A program made the position numbers and the translations under genes. Below, one piece after another: positions 45,623 to 53,854 of a stretch of 59,371 bases of DNA. How positions within the stretch are numbered: position 1 is the first letter of the stretch; each line of letters opens with the position of its first letter. The DNA is taken from NCBI GenBank assembly GCA_948441945.1, contig CAOJQV010000004.1, positions 1 through 59,371 on the forward strand, read 5' to 3'. The notes below the pieces were generated by a model. That model did no database searches and was not told where the DNA came from. It saw nothing but the letters and a program-made list of their open reading frames with translations. This stretch comes from an uncultured Clostridium sp. (lineage in GTDB: Bacteria > Bacillota > Clostridia > TANB77 > CAG-508).

Positions 45623-46414
45623 ATGCCTGTAAATGTTAAATCAAAATTGATTTCAAAAGAAGAATTAAAACCTGGAATCTTTAAATTTAGTGTACAAGCT
45701 GATAAAATAGTGACCACTGCTAAACCAGGAAATTTTATAGAAATACGCGTAAATAATGATATAGAGCCATTTTTAAGAAGGCCTATTAGTATTTATAATA
45801 TGGATAAAGAAAAAGGAATATTGGAATTTATATTCCAAGTAAAAGGTAAAGGTACAAAAATTTTATCAGAAAGAAATGAAGGCGAGTTAATAGATATAGT
45901 TGGGCCTTTAGGATTTGGTACTTTTAAATATTCAGATTATAAAAACTTATCAATAATTGGTGGAGGAATTGGTGTATTTCCTCTATACGAATTAGCTAAA
46001 AATGCAAAGCAAGATGATAAAAATGTTAATATATATTTAGGCTTTAGAAATAAAGATTTAGTTGTATTAGAAAAAGAATTTGGACAAGTTTCTAATAATT
46101 TAACTATTACAACAGATGATGGTAGTTATGCTCAAAAAGGTTTTGCAATAGATTTTTTAAGAAAAGATATAGAGGAAAATAAAGTTGATTGTATTTATGC
46201 ATGTGGACCATTACAGATGCTTAAAGCTGTAAGAGAGCTTGCTATTGAAAAAAATATACCTTGTCAAATTTCTTTAGAAGAGAAAATGGCTTGCGGACTT
46301 GGTGTATGTTTAGGATGTGCTGTAAAAACTGCCAAAAGTCCACAAGAGGCGCCAGAATATTGGCATGTTTGTAAAGCTGGTCCTGTATTTCAAGCAAAAG
46401 ATGTTGATATATAG
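45623..46414 (+). CDS. pyrK: Dihydroorotate dehydrogenase electron-transfer subunit
   Basis: LRRPISI, GPLG, IGGGIGVFPL, ACGP, EEKMACGLGVCLGC...VCKAGPVF. Confidence 0.93.
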   Translation: MPVNVKSKLISKEELKPGIFKFSVQADKIVTTAKPGNFIEIRVNNDIEPFLRRPISIYNMDKEKGILEFIFQVKGKGTKILSERNEGELIDIVGPLGFGTFKYSDYKNLSIIGGGIGVFPLYELAKNAKQDDKNVNIYLGFRNKDLVVLEKEFGQVSNNLTITTDDGSYAQKGFAIDFLRKDIEENKVDCIYACGPLQMLKAVRELAIEKNIPCQISLEEKMACGLGVCLGCAVKTAKSPQEAPEYWHVCKAGPVFQAKDVDI

Positions 46415-46429
46415 TTGGAGGTACAATAG

Positions 46430-46996
46430 ATGCCAGGTTTTGTAATACATATAGCAGTAGCTAAGCAATATTTTAATAAACATAAATTTAAAATAAAAGA
46501 TGAAGAAGAATTTATAAAGGGGTCTATTGCTCCTGATTTAGATGACACATTAACACAAATTTCTAATGATAAAAATAAATCCCATTATGTAAAGTGGTAT
46601 GTTTTGCCTGTTGAAATTAATATAGACGAATTTTTGGCAGATAAAAATGTAGATATTAATAGTGATTATTGGAAAGGATATTTATTGCATTTACTAACTG
46701 ATTATTACTTTTATAACTATATTTTTAAAGATGAAGCTTTAAAGGTTGAATCTAACAATGATTATTTTTATTATGATTATGATTGCTTAAATTCTGAATT
46801 GATTGAAAAATATAATGTACCTTTATATGAAAATATTAAAAAATATGTGCACTGTATAAATAAAAAACCTAAATATTTAGATAAGACTAAAATAATTAAT
46901 TTTATTGATAAAGTGTCTGATTTAGACTTAGAAAATGAAATAAAAATTGTTAATAAAAAAGGAATGGAGGGACTAATAGATGAATACAAAAATTAA
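46430..46996 (+). CDS. Zinc-dependent phospholipase C/P1 nuclease-like metal-dependent hydrolase
   Basis: MPGFVIH N-terminus, GSIAPD, SHY, GYLLHLLTD motifs; overlaps the pyrD start. Confidence 0.7.
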   Translation: MPGFVIHIAVAKQYFNKHKFKIKDEEEFIKGSIAPDLDDTLTQISNDKNKSHYVKWYVLPVEINIDEFLADKNVDINSDYWKGYLLHLLTDYYFYNYIFKDEALKVESNNDYFYYDYDCLNSELIEKYNVPLYENIKKYVHCINKKPKYLDKTKIINFIDKVSDLDLENEIKIVNKKGMEGLIDEYKN

Positions 46997-47888
46997 TTTT
47001 GCTGGAATTGAAATGAAAAATCCAGTAACTGTAGCTTCTGGTACTTTTGGATATGGAAGGGAATTTAGTAACTTTTTTGATTTAAGTAAATTAGGAGGAA
47101 TTATAACAAAAGGAACTTCTCTAAAGCCTAGAAGTGGTAATAAACCACCTAGAGTATGTGAAACTCCAAGTGGTATGTTAAATAGTATAGGACTTCAAAA
47201 TCCTGGAGTAGAATATTTTGCAACAAATGACTTACCCTTTTTAAGGAATTTTGATACTGCTATTATTGTTAATGCTTGTGGAAGTAGTATTGATGAATAT
47301 GTTGAACTTTGCAAGATTTTAAATACTTTAGATATTGATGGTGTAGAGTTAAATCTTTCTTGCCCTAATGTAAAAGCTGGTTGTATGGCTTTTGGAAATA
47401 CTTATGATGGCGTAAAGGAAGTAACTAGTAAGGTTAGAAAGGTTTTGGATAAGCCCTTAATTGTAAAGTTAACACCTAATGTAACTGATATTGCTTCAAT
47501 TGCAAAAGCCGTGGAGGATGCTGGTGCAGATGGAGTTTCTTTAATAAATACCTTACTTGGTATGAAAATTGATATTGATAAAAGAAGACCAGTTCTTGCT
47601 AATAATACTGGTGGTCTTTCAGGTCCTGCTATTAAGCCTGTTGCAGTTCGTATGGTATATCAAGTAGCCCAGGCTGTTAATATTCCAGTTTTAGGTATGG
47701 GTGGTATTGTTAATGGCGATGATGTTATTGAGTTTATGCTTGCAGGTGCAAGTGCCATTTCTATTGGTGCTGGTAACTTTATTAGTCCAACTACAAGTAT
47801 TGATACTATTTCTAGTATTGAGGATTATATGAAAAAGTATAGTATCGAGGATATTAATGATATTATTGGTAAAGTTGAAATGAATTAG
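46980..47888 (+). CDS. pyrD: Dihydroorotate dehydrogenase (class 1B) catalytic subunit
   Basis: KNPVTVASGTFG, LNSIGLQNPG, ELNLSCPNVK, VKLTPN, GGLSGPAIKP. Confidence 0.95.
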   Translation: MNTKINFAGIEMKNPVTVASGTFGYGREFSNFFDLSKLGGIITKGTSLKPRSGNKPPRVCETPSGMLNSIGLQNPGVEYFATNDLPFLRNFDTAIIVNACGSSIDEYVELCKILNTLDIDGVELNLSCPNVKAGCMAFGNTYDGVKEVTSKVRKVLDKPLIVKLTPNVTDIASIAKAVEDAGADGVSLINTLLGMKIDIDKRRPVLANNTGGLSGPAIKPVAVRMVYQVAQAVNIPVLGMGGIVNGDDVIEFMLAGASAISIGAGNFISPTTSIDTISSIEDYMKKYSIEDINDIIGKVEMN

Positions 47889-47956
47889 TTTTTATTGGTT
47901 AGGGAGCGTTTTTCTATAAAGATTGCTCTCTTATTTTATATTTTTTCTGATTTTAC

Positions 47957-47985
47957 TTGAAAAATCTATAAATTCAACGTATAAT
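47957..47985 (+). promoter_or_regulatory. Sigma-A promoter of tRNA-Arg(ACG)
   Basis: TTGAAA-N17-TATAAT. Confidence 0.6.
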
Positions 47986-48012
47986 ATGTATGGTGTTTTA
48001 TTTATATTATAT

Positions 48013-48089
48013 GCGCTTGTAGTTTAGCTGGATAAAATGCAGGCCTACGAAGTCTGAGACCGGGGGTTCGAATCCCTCCAGGCGCACCA
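48013..48089 (+). tRNA. tRNA-Arg (anticodon ACG)
   Basis: Acceptor gcgcttg/caggcgc, anticodon arm caggc-ctACGaa-gtctg, GTTCGAATC, encoded CCA; terminator aaactctca/tgagagttt follows. Confidence 0.95.
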
Positions 48090-48129
48090 AACTCTCAAGT
48101 TAGCATGAGAGTTTTTATTTTTTAACAGA

Positions 48130-48836
48130 CTAATATTTCTTTCATTTTTTGTTTTATAATACCTAGTTCTGTATTTCTTTTTAAAAATGTTTTTCTAATT
48201 GCTTCTTTCAAGTATCGCTATCATAAGATTTATTTATTATCAAATAGTATAAATCATAGTAGTCCTTCATTCTACTATTTAATACTCCTCTTTCAATAAC
48301 TGTTTGATATTTTTCAGCAATTATAGTTTCTATAGGATATGTTATAATTTGTAATGTTCTATCTTCAAGAAGCATTTTGTAGTTATATTCTATCTCTCGC
48401 GGTGTAATAACATCTCGATTTGCTATATCAATACTTAGTTTACTTTTATTCCTTCAAATATAGCAATAAGATTGTATTTTAATCCATCATAAGTATCTTC
48501 TTTCCTTATTGGTTTAAAATTTTTTATAGTAAAAGTTACATTATCATCTATATTAATTGATAATATTTCTGTTAATACTTCATATAGCTTCTCATCTGTT
48601 AGGTCAATCCCCTTTATACATGTATCCATATCCATAGTAGTTCTAGTATCAATTCCCATAATTGATGATAGTAGTAAACTACCTTTTAAAATAAAATTGT
48701 ATTTACATTTAGATATACTTAACCTTTCCAAAATTCTCCCAAACATATAGTTTTGTAGTACTTTATTAACTGTAATATTATTTTTATTAGCAGTATTTCT
48801 TTCCCTATCCATTAAACTTTTGTAATTTTTTATCAT
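48130..48836 (-). pseudogene. Frameshifted AbiEii-family nucleotidyltransferase (type IV TA toxin)
   Basis: First frame RILERLS..FILKGSLLL..RTTMDMD ends at 48435; another frame continues LSIDIANRDVITP...IETIIAEK...SRMKDYYDL and then stops again; the left boundary is approximate. Confidence 0.82.
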
Positions 48837-48997
48837 ATTATTAACTCTATGAATATTTGCAATATCTTTACAATATCCTAAACTATTATTTCTTGTAGTT
48901 GTTATATCAAGTTCGTCTGGAGTTCTTTCTGTTTTATTAAGAAGATATAACGCTGTATTAAAAGAGAAAACGATGTTAGGATGTTTTATTTGAAATT
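48837..48997 (-). pseudogene. Internal fragment of an AbiEi-type antitoxin
   Basis: FQIKHPNIVFSFNTALYLLNKTERTPDELDIT matches the AbiEi FSxxTALxLxxLTxRxP pattern; no start codon; runs in frame into the AbiEii ATG. Confidence 0.65.
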
Positions 48998-49076
48998 TAT
49001 CTTTTATTCTAAATAAACAAATTATCTTATTTCACACATTTTTCTCTTTTGAATATTTATATTTAGAGGTGATAAT

Positions 49077-50234
49077 ATGAATTTTGATGAAGAAATTGAT
49101 AGACATGATACATTTAGCCTAAAATATGATTGCAACAAAAGAAGAAATAAACCTGAAGATGTATTTCCAATATGGGTTGCAGACATGGACTTCAAATGTC
49201 CAGAAGAAATTTTAAAAGACTTACGACAAAAAGTTGATTTCGGAATTTTTGGATATTCTGAACCAAATGAAGAATATTTTCAATCATTACATAATTGGTA
49301 TTTTAATAACTTTAATGTTAATTTAAAAACTGATTGGGTAGTTATGACTCCTGGAATTGTATTTGCATTAGCTATGGCAGTAAAAGCATTTACTAAAGAA
49401 AATGATTACATATTAATAAATAATCCTGTATATTATCCTTTTTCCGAAGTAATTATAGATAACAATAGAAATGTAATTAGCAGTGATTTAGTCTTAAATA
49501 ATTCTCATTATGAAATAGATTTCGAGGATTTTGAAAATAAAATCAAAAAATATAAAATTAAATTATATTTTTTGTGTTCCCCTCACAATCCAGTTGGTAG
49601 AGTCTGGACTAAAGAAGAATTAGATAAAATAATTAAAATATGTAAAGAAAACAATGTAATAATTGTAAGTGACGAGATTCATTCAGATTTTGTTTGGAAA
49701 GGTAAACATACTTGTTTACTAAATTATGAAGAATATTTGAATAATATTATTGTTTGTACATCTCCAACAAAAACCTTTAATTTTGCTACTTTGCAAATTT
49801 CTAATATTTTAATTCCAAATAATGAATTACGTTTAAAATTTAAAAAAGAAATTGATAAAGCAGGTTATAGTCAATTAGGGTTAATGGGAATTGTTGCTTG
49901 TAATTCAGCATACAAACATGGTTTACCTTGGCTTAATGAACTACGAAATTATTTGAAAGAAAATATAAGTTTTGTAGATACATTTCTGAAAGAAAAACTT
50001 CCTAAAGTAAAACTTATTAAGCCTGAAGGAACTTATCTACTTTGGTTAGACTTTAGGGCTTTAGGACTTTCAGATGAGGATTTGAATTTTGCTATTTTAA
50101 ATAAAGCTAAGCTATGGCTTGACTCTGGCTCTATGTTTGGAAAGTCTGGTCAAGGCTTCCAAAGAATAAATATTGCTTTACCAAGAAAGAAATTGCAATG
50201 GGCTTTAGAACAATTAGAAAAAACTTTTAAATAA
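49077..50234 (+). CDS. PLP-dependent MalY/PatB family C-S lyase/aminotransferase
   Basis: WVADMDF, LCSPHNPVGRVW, SDEIHSD, SPTKTFN, EGTYLLWLD, QRINIA. Confidence 0.92.
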   Translation: MNFDEEIDRHDTFSLKYDCNKRRNKPEDVFPIWVADMDFKCPEEILKDLRQKVDFGIFGYSEPNEEYFQSLHNWYFNNFNVNLKTDWVVMTPGIVFALAMAVKAFTKENDYILINNPVYYPFSEVIIDNNRNVISSDLVLNNSHYEIDFEDFENKIKKYKIKLYFLCSPHNPVGRVWTKEELDKIIKICKENNVIIVSDEIHSDFVWKGKHTCLLNYEEYLNNIIVCTSPTKTFNFATLQISNILIPNNELRLKFKKEIDKAGYSQLGLMGIVACNSAYKHGLPWLNELRNYLKENISFVDTFLKEKLPKVKLIKPEGTYLLWLDFRALGLSDEDLNFAILNKAKLWLDSGSMFGKSGQGFQRINIALPRKKLQWALEQLEKTFK

Positions 50235-50286
50235 TTATTCTGCTAATAACTCATAAAATGAATTTTATAAAATATATTTTTATGAG

Positions 50287-51354
50287 GTGTTTTGGTTGAT
50301 AATTAAATCATATAAAATAAATAGAAAAATTGTTTCTTCTATTTTAGGCATTTTCATAATTGCTATTTTTATCTCTAGCTATGGAATATTTTCTTATGGT
50401 ATTACAACTTTTCCACTTTGGGATAAAAATTCTAATATTAATCTAGAAGATAATGAAGATTATATCAAATGGGTTGATTTTAAAGTTACTGCTTATGCAT
50501 TAAATAGAACTGCTAAATTAGATATTGATTCCCACAACTCTGATTCTGATGTTAAATATAATTGGATTGAACTTTTATCTTATCTTGCTTGTAAAAATGG
50601 TGGGAATTTTAAGAAATTTAATGAAGGTCATTTAAATAAGTTAATACAACAATTAAATTCTGGAAAATCAATGGAAGAAATAACTAAGGATATGAAATAT
50701 TATTCTTACTATTATGAGAGTTATTCTGCCGTTTTAAGCGGATTTATTGGTAACTATTCAGTTGAAGTAGAAAATTCTGATGGCACAACTTCTTTTAATG
50801 ATAAGTATGGAATTAAGGCTTTTCTTCCTATTGCTAAAAATTATTCTTTTAGTCATTACGATGATTTTGGTGCATCTAGGTCTTATGGTTTTAAAAGAAC
50901 TCATTTAGGAAACGACTTAATGGGAAGTATTGGAACTCCTATTATAGCTGTAGAGAGTGGTACTATAGAGCATTTAGGTTGGAATCAATATGGTGGATGG
51001 AGAATTGGTATTAGGAGTCTTGATGGAAAAAGATATTACTATTATGCTCATCTAAGAAAAGACCATCCTTATGCTGCATGCTTAAAAGAAGGCGATTCTA
51101 TAACAGCTGGAGATGTAATTGGATATTTAGGAATGACTGGTTACAGCTTAAAGGAAAATGTTAATAATATTAATGTTCCTCATCTTCATTTCGGTATGCA
51201 ATTAATATTTGATGAATCACAGGTTGAAGGAAATAATGAAATTTGGATTGATGTATATCAAATAATTGAATTTTTAAGGCAAAATCGTTCTAGTGTATTT
51301 ATGAATAATCTTGATACAAAGGATTTTGTTCGTAAATATAATTTTAAAACGTGA
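50287..51354 (+). CDS. M23 family metallopeptidase
   Basis: N-terminal TM; HLGND, YYAHL, PHLH zinc motifs; exact start uncertain. Confidence 0.88.
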   Translation: MFWLIIKSYKINRKIVSSILGIFIIAIFISSYGIFSYGITTFPLWDKNSNINLEDNEDYIKWVDFKVTAYALNRTAKLDIDSHNSDSDVKYNWIELLSYLACKNGGNFKKFNEGHLNKLIQQLNSGKSMEEITKDMKYYSYYYESYSAVLSGFIGNYSVEVENSDGTTSFNDKYGIKAFLPIAKNYSFSHYDDFGASRSYGFKRTHLGNDLMGSIGTPIIAVESGTIEHLGWNQYGGWRIGIRSLDGKRYYYYAHLRKDHPYAACLKEGDSITAGDVIGYLGMTGYSLKENVNNINVPHLHFGMQLIFDESQVEGNNEIWIDVYQIIEFLRQNRSSVFMNNLDTKDFVRKYNFKT

Positions 51355-51366
51355 GAAAATATGAGA

Positions 51367-51458
51367 AAATGTGAGAAAGTGTGCCAAAGGGGACGTGCTT
51401 TTTATCCCTTTAAATAGGGATAAAAAGCACGTCCCCTTTGGCACACTTTCTCACATTT
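51367..51458. repeat. GGGACG-family palindrome (43-bp perfect arms, 6-nt loop) between convergent genes
   Basis: aaatgtgagaaagtgtgccaaaggggacgtgctttttatccct and its exact reverse complement; preceded by 10-bp slipped units gtgagaaaat atgagaaaat gtgagaaagt. Confidence 0.93.
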
Positions 51459-52594
51459 ATTTTTTTCCGCAATATAATATTTAGATTTTTATTAACTTTT
51501 CCCCTTGAAATTTGAAGTGAGACCATTTCATTTGGATTTTTGCTATAAAGATATTCTCTTAAATCATTCATTGTATTTAGTTCATTTCCATCTATCGAAA
51601 CTATAATGTCTCCTTCTTTAAGTTCACTATTAGAAGCTGGTCCATTTTTTAATATTTGTGCTACGTAAATACCTCTTCCAAAGTTTATACTATTATTTAA
51701 ATATGGTATAACTTCTTTATCATATGCATAAACCCCTAATGTAGCTTGTTCAAAATTTCCTTTTTCTACAAAACTATTTATAACTGCTTTTACTACATTA
51801 ATTGGAACTGCAAATCCTATTCCTTCTGCTGATGATATTTTTACAGTATTTATTCCTATGATTTCTCCATTTGGATATATTAGTGGACCTCCACTATTTC
51901 CTGGATTAATAGTTGCATCTGTTTGAATTAAATCTGACATATAAGCTATATTGTTTTCTTCTTCTAATTTAATTGTTCTATTTTTGCTACTAATGATGCC
52001 TGATGTAACTGTTCTTCTAAACTCAAATCCTATTGGGTTTCCTATTGCATATACTGTTTCTCCAACTCTTATTTTATTTGAATCTCCTAATGTTACATAT
52101 TTTAAATCTTTTGCCTCTATTTTTGTAATAGATAAATCTAAATCACTATCACTCCATACGACTGTTCCATCATAAGTACTTCCATTTTCCAAAGTTACAT
52201 AGCATGTACTGTACTTGCTACCTGTAACATGCTCATTGCTTAGAATATATCCATTACTAGATACTATCATCCCTGTTCCTAAACCTAGTGAAGTCTCATT
52301 GTTACTTGAAAATATTGATGAACCATTATCTTTTAATTTAGAAATCCCTACTACACTTTTCATCGTCTCTTCTAAAATATCTGCAATTTTTGTACTATTT
52401 TCTGTTTCTTTTTCCACAGTTTGTGCTTTTACTGTGGATTCAGTTTTTTGTGCTTCGTAATTTAATTCACTAATATCTATTTTTTGATATGTATAATATA
52501 AGTAAATAGATATTAATGTTAAAACTCCTAATATAGCAATGCCCACTATTACTCTTTTTGATTTACTTTTTCTTTTTACACTTCTTACTTTCAT
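51410..52594 (-). CDS. htrA: HtrA/DegP-family serine protease (trypsin-like domain plus PDZ)
   Basis: TM anchor; LSNEHV, DLSI, QTDATINPGNSGGPL, GIGFAVP; PDZ GPAS..LKEGDII. Confidence 0.9.
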   Translation of the reverse strand: MKVRSVKRKSKSKRVIVGIAILGVLTLISIYLYYTYQKIDISELNYEAQKTESTVKAQTVEKETENSTKIADILEETMKSVVGISKLKDNGSSIFSSNNETSLGLGTGMIVSSNGYILSNEHVTGSKYSTCYVTLENGSTYDGTVVWSDSDLDLSITKIEAKDLKYVTLGDSNKIRVGETVYAIGNPIGFEFRRTVTSGIISSKNRTIKLEEENNIAYMSDLIQTDATINPGNSGGPLIYPNGEIIGINTVKISSAEGIGFAVPINVVKAVINSFVEKGNFEQATLGVYAYDKEVIPYLNNSINFGRGIYVAQILKNGPASNSELKEGDIIVSIDGNELNTMNDLREYLYSKNPNEMVSLQISRGKVNKNLNIILRKKINVRKCAKGDVLFIPI

Positions 52595-52649
52595 AACTCC
52601 TCCTTAGTTTTATTCTTTCCTATTTTTTATTTACTTAAACAGTTATTTC

Positions 52650-52678
52650 TTGATTTTTTTATTGATAATGAATATAAT
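52650..52678 (+). promoter_or_regulatory. Sigma-A promoter for the HD-GYP gene
   Basis: TTGATT-N17-TATAAT. Confidence 0.5.
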
Positions 52679-52707
52679 TATTGTAATTACAGATTAGGGG
52701 TGAATTT

Positions 52708-53763
52708 ATGGCAAAAGAGAATAATAATTATCGCATTTTAATGATTAGTAATGAAAAAAATTTAATTAATAAATTATCAATTGTATTTGAAAGTTCAAAA
52801 TATACTTTTGAGCTTGTTCGTGAGCCTTTAGAGGGATTAAGAAAAGTTAGAGAAATAAATTATGATTTAGTTATAATTAATTTTGATTTTTCAAAGGAAA
52901 TTTTAAAAACATTAATTAATAAAATCCGTTTTTTTGATGCTTTTGCTTATATTATGCTAGTTTGTAATTACGATAATATGGAAGATACTCTTAATGTTGT
53001 TAAAAATTTTGATATTCAATCTTATTATAATAAAGATGATGATATTAAACAATTTATAATTCTTGTAAACCTAATTTGTAATTCAATTTATGAATTTAAT
53101 AGAATTAATTTAGATTTGGATAATTATGATAATGAATATAAATCTCCTTATTTAAGTACTGTTCAGATTTTAAGAAATATTGTAGAATATAAGGATATGT
53201 ATACTATTAGGCATTCTTTTAGAGTTTCTAAATATGCTACTTTAATTGGAAAGTACATGAAACTTTCTCGCAATGACATCAAAACTTTAAAAGTTGGAAG
53301 TATGTTTCATGATATTGGTAAAATAAGTACACCAAATAATATACTTTTAAAAAATGGTTCTTTAAATTCAAATGAATATCTACAAATTAAAGCTCATCCA
53401 TTAGTAGGGTCCCATATTCTTTTCCCTACTAGGATATATGATAAGGCTATACCTATTGTTAAATTTCATCATGAAAGATTTGATGGAAATGGCTATCCTG
53501 CAAAGTTAGAAGGTGAGTCTATACCTTTCTTAACTAGAATTGTAACAGTTGCAGATACTTTTGATGCTATGACTTCAAAAAGAACTTATCGTGATTCTTT
53601 ACCTTTAGATACTGTTATATCTGAGTTCAAAAAAAATAGGGGTACTCAATTCGACCCTGAAATAACTGATGTTTTTTTGGACATTTTGGATAATCATTAT
53701 AATGAGATTGAGAAAATTCAAAAAAACGGGAGATGGGGACGTTCCTTTTATCCCTCTAAATAG
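52708..53763 (+). CDS. HD-GYP phosphodiesterase with degenerate N-terminal receiver-like domain
   Basis: HSFRVS, HDIGK, HHERFDGNGYP, VADTFDAMTSKRTYR, GTQFDP; N-terminus has a REC-like alpha/beta pattern. Confidence 0.88.
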   Translation: MAKENNNYRILMISNEKNLINKLSIVFESSKYTFELVREPLEGLRKVREINYDLVIINFDFSKEILKTLINKIRFFDAFAYIMLVCNYDNMEDTLNVVKNFDIQSYYNKDDDIKQFIILVNLICNSIYEFNRINLDLDNYDNEYKSPYLSTVQILRNIVEYKDMYTIRHSFRVSKYATLIGKYMKLSRNDIKTLKVGSMFHDIGKISTPNNILLKNGSLNSNEYLQIKAHPLVGSHILFPTRIYDKAIPIVKFHHERFDGNGYPAKLEGESIPFLTRIVTVADTFDAMTSKRTYRDSLPLDTVISEFKKNRGTQFDPEITDVFLDILDNHYNEIEKIQKNGRWGRSFYPSK

Positions 53764-53854
53764 GGAATAGGGGACACCCCTTTGGAAAAAAACTTTCCAA
53801 AGGGGTGTCCCCTATTCCCTATTTAGAGGGATAAAAGGAACGTCCCCATCTCCC
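53728..53854. repeat. GGGACG-family palindrome (61-bp perfect arms, 5-nt loop) between convergent genes
   Basis: gggagatggggacgttccttttatccctctaaatagggaataggggacacccctttggaaa and its exact reverse complement. Confidence 0.94.
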
